Source: Octopus sinensis
Lineage: Eukaryota
Length of the DNA stretch: 54,091 nucleotides
Direction: 5' to 3'
Assembly (NCBI RefSeq): GCF_006345805.1
Contig: NW_021835240.1
Span: 1 to 54,091 of the forward strand
In this document: in pieces, positions 46,629-54,091 of the stretch
Numbering within the stretch: position 1 is the stretch's first letter
How the letters are laid out: every line of letters begins with the position of its first letter
The notes under the pieces: model-generated
Told to the model about the DNA's origin: nothing
The model's database searches: none
The model's input: only the letters and a program-made list of their open reading frames with translations
Made by a program: the position numbers and the translations under genes

Positions 46629-49399
46629 ATGGCTGAAGCATACAATTTGGTCGGAGTGAGCTTTGAGATTACCCCTGACGGGTTCGACTGGAAATTTAAC
46701 TTTAACGTTTTCGGACAAATATTTCGTTCCATCCTTAGATCATGGAAGCGCAGATATGGTCGCTTTAAGGTGATAAATTTTACTTTTAAACGATTGACGT
46801 CATCTTGTCAGAGTTTAATGTAGTATAGAATCGGCTAATAAACAACGTCTATCCGCTCTCGTATAAATCTCTGCTCGTCTGTGTTAGTTTATCGAGTCTA
46901 ACTTTCCTGTTGAAAGTTCCAAAACTTTATTCGCTGCAAAAAAGTGTGGCGCAAATACTGAAAAAGTAAATTTTTTCATTTCAGCTCAAGGTTTCTATGG
47001 ATGGAAGACACTGGGATGTTCATAATATGCCTCAACGGTCTCCTCTTGTGGATTGTTAATATATTTATCTTCAAATACAGCCTCCGTGCTCTTCTTAAAT
47101 ACCAAGGATGGGTATTCGAAGAACGAAAAAACATTACATGGCGAACCAAAATATGGATGGCATTTAATTTTCCTAATTAATTAAATAGTTTACATTAACT
47201 TGGTTTGTCGGAGATAAGAATTTGAGGAGCTACCAGTCCTGCCTCCCTCGACTTCCTCTTCCAAGACTAGAGGACACAGTCAGTCGGGTACATTAGGAAG
47301 GTCATTTTAGTATCTGGAATCTGCAAAGTGCATATACCAGAATGAGCAGTTGGAGGAACTGAGGACTAATGCCTCCAGGTTTCTTACAACCCTGGGCCCA
47401 AAACTGCAAAAATATCTCATACTTAAATCATGGTGGGCTTCAAATTATGTTTTGTTTGTTTTTTGAATTTCAAGGTCTCCGATTGGTGGGAAGAGTTTAT
47501 TTACTTGGTCGACAGGTCTTCCATCGTAATAAACAGCAATTACTACACTCTGGGGTTGGCAGGGTACTCGAGGACCATGTCTTGTCGTCAGGCATCACGT
47601 GCCGCTGGGTTTGTCTCAAGTTTATTGGCTTTTCGTCGAAGCATCAACACCGAGAATCTCAAGCCTGTATTCTACGTTTTTTGACTTACAGTTGATGGTT
47701 TCGAAGTCAGTTCCACTTTGCACGGGTCAGTATGACAGGTTGTTCAACACGTCCCGAATTGCCTATACACTCAAGGGTCAAAAAAAAGCCTCATTTGTAG
47801 ATAAGTTGGAACATTATGACGTGAGTAATCACATTACCGTCTATCACAAAGGAAAGTACTTCAAAGTCTATATTTATTGCGATTCACAACTGGCCAGTCC
47901 CTCAGAACTGGAAAGGTTTTAGCATTTTAATGGTTTTTAGAGTCTTTGACATTATCATCAACGATACTTCCCAGCCAAAAAAAGGAGAGGAGTTTTTCGG
48001 AGTTGTTACTGCTGTCGACCGAGAGACCTCAGCCTCTCTTAGAAGGGAACATTTCTCGGACGGAGTAAACAAGGATTCGATTCAAGCCGTTGACAGAGTA
48101 ATTTTTATTTTCTATCACAGGCTGCTTTTCATTTGGTTCTTGAGGACTTCCCTGCAGAGTTGGAAGTGGACTCGGACAGTGAACAACTCAGTCACATCTC
48201 CAAACGCCTATTTCATGGAAAAGGATACGACCGGTGGTTTGAAAAGTCCTTTAACCTCGTCGTCTTCTCTGACGGACACGTGCGTTATACTCCTCACTGT
48301 GTTTAGGTTGCAACCATAGCGGAACACTCCTGGTAAAGTTAACATGATTGTCTTAGGGGGGACGCCCTTGTTTTATCTCACATGGTTGAAATGACCACTT
48401 TGTACGAAATACAAAATATTCGGTCAGTTTATTGATCATAGAATAAACAGATATCAAGAAAACGGTAGGATCGTTTGTACAAACTTGTCCAATTGTTCTT
48501 TAATAGATCCGATCAGACTGACATTTGACTTTGACGATGATGTAAGGAGAAATGACTCAGCTGTAGTTCGTCAAAGTTTTGGCCGATCATTCAAAGAGAA
48601 TGTTGTTGGAGGTGGAGAATTTAGATCTTCGAGTTTTCCATTTTAGTCAGTTCGGGAAAGGTTTTGGCCGAGTAAATAAACTGAGCACGGATTCCCTGAT
48701 TCAGCTGGCTCTACAACTTGCCTACTATAGGGTTAGCTGCTTTAGGCCACGTTAGGAGACGGAATCATTTGTTAATACTTACGAATCGGCCAGTACAAGA
48801 TTTTTTCTAGAAGGACGAACTGAAACTATTCGCTCATGTACAGCCGAATCCTGTAGATTCGTTAGAGCTTTGGTGGACGAGACTGATTCTGTACAGCTAT
48901 CTAGAGTATTCCTAGAATGAAAGTCTAAAAAGACTGGCATATGAAGCAATAAACTCACATCAACGAGTTACCAAAATGGCTTGCACTGGAATGGGGATTG
49001 ACCGTCATTTATTCGCTCTTTTCATTGTTTCGAGATTTTTGGTGGAAAAATCGGAATTTTTGGAATGCGTTCTTCAAGAGACATGGGGAATGTCTACTAG
49101 TCAAGTAAAACACATATCTTTTGTCACAATCAGACTCCAGTTTCTCAGACTTCTGATCCCGCGTTTTTGCACCTGACAAAGACTGCATTTGGTGGAGGGT
49201 TTGGACCGACTTGCTCCCGTGGATACGGAATTGCTTATTTCCCAGACGAGGACAGTATTTCGTTCCACGTATCGTGTCTAAAGGATTCTGAATGTCGGGT
49301 GTTTTCGATTTAAATTACGCTTAGAATTCTACAATATTCGGAGAAAGAATACAGACTGCATTGATAGATATCGCACAAGTAATTCAACAGGACATTTAA
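46629..49399 (+). CDS. CPT1: Carnitine O-palmitoyltransferase 1 (769 aa, 18 exons)
   Basis: Introns 46770-46828, 46966-46984, 47160-47188, 47288-47310, 47449-47474, 47667-47691, 47777-47800, 47916-47940, 48098-48120, 48280-48306, 48333-48356, 48423-48450, 48542-48566, 48732-48755, 48891-48915, 49105-49133 and 49299-49324 leave a 2310-nt open frame: MAEAY...[23 protein letters not shown] (catalytic His), [34 protein letters not shown]. Confidence 0.97.
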
Positions 49400-49849
49400 T
49401 CTAACCTCTTTAATCAAAACTATAATTTAAATTTGAGCATTTATGTTAATTGGCACTATTCTAATGATCTTAAAATGACACCAATTACTTAGTTCTCTTT
49501 ATTAACAATTCATGAAGCCGCCAAAAGATTAATTAGCCGGAATCTTTTACCAACATTCTAAAGGCAGTTATCATAAAAAGGCAACAAAAAATGGTGAAGA
49601 CAGCCTGTATTCCTGCGAGTCCCCTATACGAACTTTTGTTTAACTATCTTAAAAATCGTCCCCGTTTCGAGCTATCAACATGCCCTTTCTGGAGAGCCGT
49701 CCACGTCAGACAAAACCTATATTGCTATAGTCTGGGATCACTTAGTTAGCTAGGGCTCTTCTCTTGTTTTCTTTATACCCAATGATCCTGGGGTAACAAT
49801 AAATGAATAAAATATTAACAACACAAAGCTAGCGCATCCCAAAACCAAT

Positions 49850-50328
49850 AAATTCGCCAATTCTTAGATTCGCCTTTTTTTAAAAAAAAATTCTAGTTTC
49901 AATGGAAATTCGCCAATTCTGAAATTCGCCAGAATTTTTGAAAATTTTTAAATAAAAAATACAAAAAATATTGATAAATAATACATTTTTAAAAAAACAT
50001 GGCGCAACGTGGGTTTAGTACTATACCATTTCCCATACTAAATGGGATTAACACCATACTAAATGGGATTAACACCAAACTAAGTGGGAAAAAATCAAAA
50101 TATAAAGAGACAACAAATGGGACTGGAATATTAATTTAATAAAAAAGCCTAATTCTTTGTTAAAATAAAATTAATTTTTTCAATTACGTCAATTTTGGCT
50201 ATTTTCGAATTATTAAACAGTTCTACTCACATTCAAAAATTATTGATTATATTCTGAAATTCGTCATTTCTCAAATTCGCCGCAAAAAATGACGGAACCA
50301 AAAATGGCGAATTTGGGAGTATTCACTG
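49850..50328 (-). mobile_element. pogo-like MITE end with AATTCGCC subterminal repeats
   Basis: TA-CAGTGAATACTCCCAAATTCGCC terminus near 50328 on minus; AAATTCGCCAATTCT motifs repeated at about 49851-49930 and 50252-50282. Confidence 0.55.
50020..50095 (+). mobile_element. Isolated terminus of the IS630-like element
   Basis: ACTATACCATTTCCCATACTAAATGGGATTAACAC is shared with 52553-52590 and is followed by ~21-bp subrepeats. Confidence 0.7.
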
Positions 50329-50729
50329 TAGTTGTTTCTCTGATGACCTCCATCGAGAGACGCTGAAACAACCACCGGTCTCACGAGGGTCTTTAGTGCA
50401 CACAGAGATTAACAAACCAATCCTTCTGACGAAAGGGAAAGTGGATAGTCCAAAAATTCCGAAAGTTACCACGATTTTTCCCGTTCTCCGTTTCTCTCTG
50501 AGAACTTAACTGCATTGTACAAAAAAATGGCGAAATCAGACTAATATTTGTTGGTAATATATTTAGAAAACCTGTCGGAAAATTTGGTGTGCAAGATCAT
50601 CTATTCTCGTTTTAAAATTTTTTTGAAACATTCAGCTGAGCATTAGAGTTAAGGCTGGCTATAAACCTTCTGTCCACGTTGTAAGAAACTATTGAGTTTG
50701 CCCACATATCTTATTCGATTTGCATTCTG

Positions 50730-52520
50730 ATAATACTTGAGATGAAGAACGCATTTAATTGCATTAACCATACATGTTTCCTGAATAAATATTGGCTTAA
50801 CATGCCTGACTTATTGCTTCTGGCAAACATTTTTTATAGGAGTTGCTCTGATCTCCTTATTGGAGGAAGAACATTTAATCGTCAATTAGAGTTCAACAGG
50901 GTGACCCTCTCGGGTCATTATTGTTCTCTTTAGGAGCCAATTAAATCTCTCTCAATGTCAGTTCTCCGTTTAACATCTGGTTCCACGACGAGATCACTGT
51001 CGGGTGTCCATCAGATCAGACATAAATTTGATTTCAGTGACGCTGGAAAAAGTTACCCTTGCAATTAACACGCAAAAATGCAAGATCACCAATTTAAACG
51101 CCAGTCAAGCCGATTTTTTGTTTATCACTAATGAGCTTTATACACACATTCAGGAGATTAAAATAACTTGCGAAAAGATCTAAAAATATCTGGATCACTA
51201 CTATTAAAATCCCCGATCTGGAATTTTTTGAAAAAAATCTTCCGTTTTAGAATTCGCGACAAATCGTCTAACCCTACTAAACGCATACGACGGAAAAAAG
51301 TTTTGGCCGAGTAAATAAAAGGTTTTGGCCGACGGATTGTTCTTCCTGAAAAATTATATATTTCTGCCTAGGCCTCTGTATGTTCTAAGCCAGGGGTTCT
51401 CAACCTTTTTAGCTCATGGGCCAAATCGATAATTAAGAATATCTTTGCGGGCCGCACAAAAAATATTTTATGTTATTAATGAAAAGAAGGCTTTATTAAG
51501 TAATAAAAATCAATGCGAGACTTGATTCTGTTTGGCGTCTATTATTTTGTCGAAACAGGGAGTAAAAGTCGAACACGATGTGCGTAAAAGTTGATTTAGG
51601 TGTCCATCAGTCAATCGATTTCGATACTTTGTTTTTATTTGCGTAAGTTTGCTGAAAAGAGCTTCACATGTATACGTTGATCCGAAGACTGATGCATTCT
51701 TTTGAGCATTATCGACCAAGTTCGGATATTTCCACTGTGGAATTCTACCCCAAAAATCCAATAATTCACTTGACTTAAATAGGGCGAAAAGTTGTAAATC
51801 TGCCTGCATTTAAATTAGTTCCAGTTGATATATGTATGGAGCGGTTGCAGCATCTGTTTCCATAGGTGACGAAAATATTTTCATAATAGGTAGAGCTTCT
51901 TTAAAATCATTAAAACGTGTTTCGAATTCATCGATTAAGTCACTAATTACGCAGATATATTTTTCATAGGATCCATCTTCCCTGTGATTTGAAAGTATTC
52001 GTTTAACACGTTTATCAGACATCACAAACAACATTATTTAAACATTAATGTACAAAATTTTTAATATAAAAACAAAAAATATTTAATATATTTTTATAAT
52101 TTTAATCGGGCCGCACCAAAATTGTGGCTGGCCGCATGCGGCCCGATGGGCCGCGGTTGAGAACCGCTGTTCTACGCTCTGCCCCATGTTTCCAATGCCA
52201 ATTTTAATTATCCAAACTCAAATTGATAGTCCGAGTTTGTTCCGAAAGTAACATTCACTTTGACGATATATTCTGAAAGCAAGCTATTTTCCCGGTCCGA
52301 TTTGGAGGAATCGGATACGCTCACCTGCGGATGTCGCTTTACCCATGTATTTGTGCTCCCAAAATATGTGTGCTTCGCTCGTTGACGTCGTTCTCCCAGT
52401 TTCTTTCAAACGTAGTACGTTTACTTGGCTGCGCATGGATCTCAAAATTTGACAAGACAGAGGACTAAAGATTTCGGTTCTTACCTCTTTTTAAAAACAC
52501 TGGGACAACATTTTCTGCAA
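50730..52520 (+). mobile_element. Degraded CRE-like RT interrupted by a hAT element and a 42-bp insertion
   Basis: MKNAFN, VQQGDPLG, KYLGS, AYDGLFFLKNY, VLRSAPCF (restored by removing the hAT) and GGIG(I)RSPADVALP. Confidence 0.8.
51391..52169 (-). mobile_element. Non-autonomous hAT (Charlie/SPIN-like) element, 779 bp
   Basis: TIRs CAGGGGTTCTCAACC / CAGCGGTTCTCAACC; 8-bp TSD TTCTAAGC / TTCTACGC; dimerisation domain FGSTYTCEALFSKL...YRNRLTD. Confidence 0.92.
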
Positions 52521-52552
52521 GTCTTTTCACGGATCTTTGGAAATTTCTCTGA

Positions 52553-53090
52553 ACTATACCATTTCCCATACTAAATGGGATTAACACTAAACTAAGTGGG
52601 ATTAGCAGAATGTCTCTTTTCACGTGAGCTTTTACTTTGGACCATACATTGTAAAAATCATTAAATTCTTTCAATCGAAGAACTTCTTCGATACCACTGT
52701 GAGCTGGTGCATTGTCCAACATCATAATAACTGGACCACCATGTTTAATCCGTGCTTGCCTCAAACAAATTTTCATCCAATTACAAGCCTGCTCTTTTTT
52801 AAAAGCTCCCCTTCGGATTTCATAGTAAATGAGTCCTAGATTTGAGATGCATCCAATTATATGTATATTCGACCCTTTTGATGCAGCAGCTAGAGTAGTG
52901 CATCTTGTTCCTTTTAGCGATCTTCCTTCTGTCCTGCTGATATAGATATTAAAATTATCTGATTCATCCATAAAGCAAATTGGTCTGTTTTCCGATTGAA
53001 ATTTTAAATATTTTTCAACAAATTCCTTTCTCTTGATTTTGTTAATTTCACAATTAGCTTTTTCAAGCCATTTAGCTTACTATTAATCCC
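52553..53090 (-). mobile_element. IS630/Tc1-like (DDE_3) transposase fragment with terminus
   Basis: KANCEINKIKRKEF...FMDES...IIGCIS...MLDNAPAH...NVWSKVK; the PPYSP.LNPIE segment with the third acidic residue is deleted. Confidence 0.85.
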
Positions 53091-54091
53091 ATATTGTTTG
53101 GTATTAATTCCACTTAGTTTGATGTTAATCCCACTTAGTTTGACGTTAATCCTACTTAGTTTGACGTTAATCCCATTTAGTTTTCTGCTAATCCCACTTA
53201 GTTTTCTGCAAATCCCACTTATTTTTGTGCTAATCCCATTTAGTTTTCTGCTAATCCCACTTAGTTTTGTGCTAATCCCATTTAGTTTTCTGCTAATCCC
53301 ACTTAGTTTTCTGCTAATCCCACTTAGTTTTCTGCTAATCCCACTTAGTTTTCTGCTAATCCCACTTAGTTTTGTGCTAATCCCATTTAGTTTTCTCCTA
53401 ATCCCATTTAGTTTTCTGCTAATCCCACTTAGTTTTCTCCTAATCCCACTTAGTTTTCTGCTAATCCCACTTAGTTTTGTGCTAATCCCATTTAGTTTTC
53501 TCCTAATCCCATTTAGTTTTCTGCTAATCCCACTTAGTTTTCTCCTAATCCCACTTAGTTTTCTGCTAATCCCACTTAGTTTTGTGCTAATCCCACTTAG
53601 TTTTCTGCAAATCCCACTTATTTTTGTGCTAATCCCATTTAGTTTTCTGCTAATCCCATTTAGTTTTGTGCTAATCCCACTTAGTTTTGTGCTAATCCCA
53701 TTTAGTTTTCTGCTAATCCCACTTAGTTTTCTGCTAATCCCACTTAGTTTTGTGCTAATCCCATTTAGTTTTCTCCTAATCCCATTTAGTTTTCTGCTAA
53801 TCCCACTTAGTTTTCTCCTAATCCCACTTAGTTTTCTGCTAATCCCACTTAGTTTTGTGCTAATCCCACTTAGTTTTGTGCTAATCCCATTTAGTTTTCT
53901 GCTAATCCCACTTAGTTTTCTGCTAATCCCACTTAGTTTTCTGCTAATCCCACTTAGTTTTGTGCTAATCCCATTTAGTTTTCTCCTAATCCCACTTAGT
54001 TTTCTGCTAATCCCACTTAGTTTTCTGCTAATCCCACTTAGTTTTGTGCTAATCCCATTAGTTTTCTCCTAATCCACTTAGTTTTCTGCTA
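53087..54091 (+). repeat. 21-bp minisatellite, ~47 units (CTAATCCCA(C/T)TTAGTTTT(C/G)T(G/C)), runs off the window end
   Basis: Direct reading; a rare CAAATCCCACTTATTTTTG variant recurs 399 bp (19 units) apart at 53208 and 53607. Confidence 0.98.

Noticed and set aside
50331-50390. Possible hammerhead ribozyme (CTGATGA...GAAAC...GTC)
   Set aside because: Stem II does not pair and stem I cannot form in either type I or type III topology; only a GTTGTTTC/GAAACAAC hairpin is supported.
53098-54072. 324-aa hydrophobic ORF (LIPLSFL repeats)
   Set aside because: It is a by-product of a stop-free 21-bp minisatellite; there is no start context or non-repetitive domain.
53087-54091. Terminal array as a telomere or CRISPR array
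   Set aside because: The C-rich strand points toward the right end, which is the wrong polarity for a telomere. There are no unique spacers or cas genes, and the DNA is eukaryotic.

Overview
AT-rich eukaryotic (animal) genomic DNA made mostly of fragmented, nested transposons and local duplications, with a small island of host genes at about 41.4-49.4 kb. The host genes carry ultra-short spliceosomal introns (mostly 19-32 nt) and use the standard code, so the ORF track misses or fragments them. Hand-spliced models give a complete CPT1 (17 introns, 769 aa), an MBD2/3 protein with no visible methyl-CpG-binding domain, RPS28, an intermediate-filament/lamin fragment, and a TFIIIA-like zinc-finger gene that was split by a Tc1 insertion and then half-inverted. 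Micro-introns at animal-type positions plus a divergent 18S with short V7/V9 regions suggest a reduced animal parasite. A dicyemid mesozoan is my best guess (inference, not verified). Mobile DNA includes two Jockey-like LINE families (one near full length and abutting rDNA ITS1), RTE-like, CRE-like and RLE-type retroelement fragments, Tc1, IS630-like, pogo and hAT elements, and at least three Ginger2/TDD-like TGTCACA-ended families with 5-bp TSDs. Large-scale structure: a ~7-kb-arm inverted repeat (10289-17234 / 25076-32017), a nested inner inverted repeat, a four-copy composite block and a terminal 21-bp minisatellite derived from a transposon end. All homologies are recognised from motifs by eye; no searches were run. 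Scattered 1-bp indels suggest long-read consensus error, and some rearrangements could be amplification or assembly chimeras.
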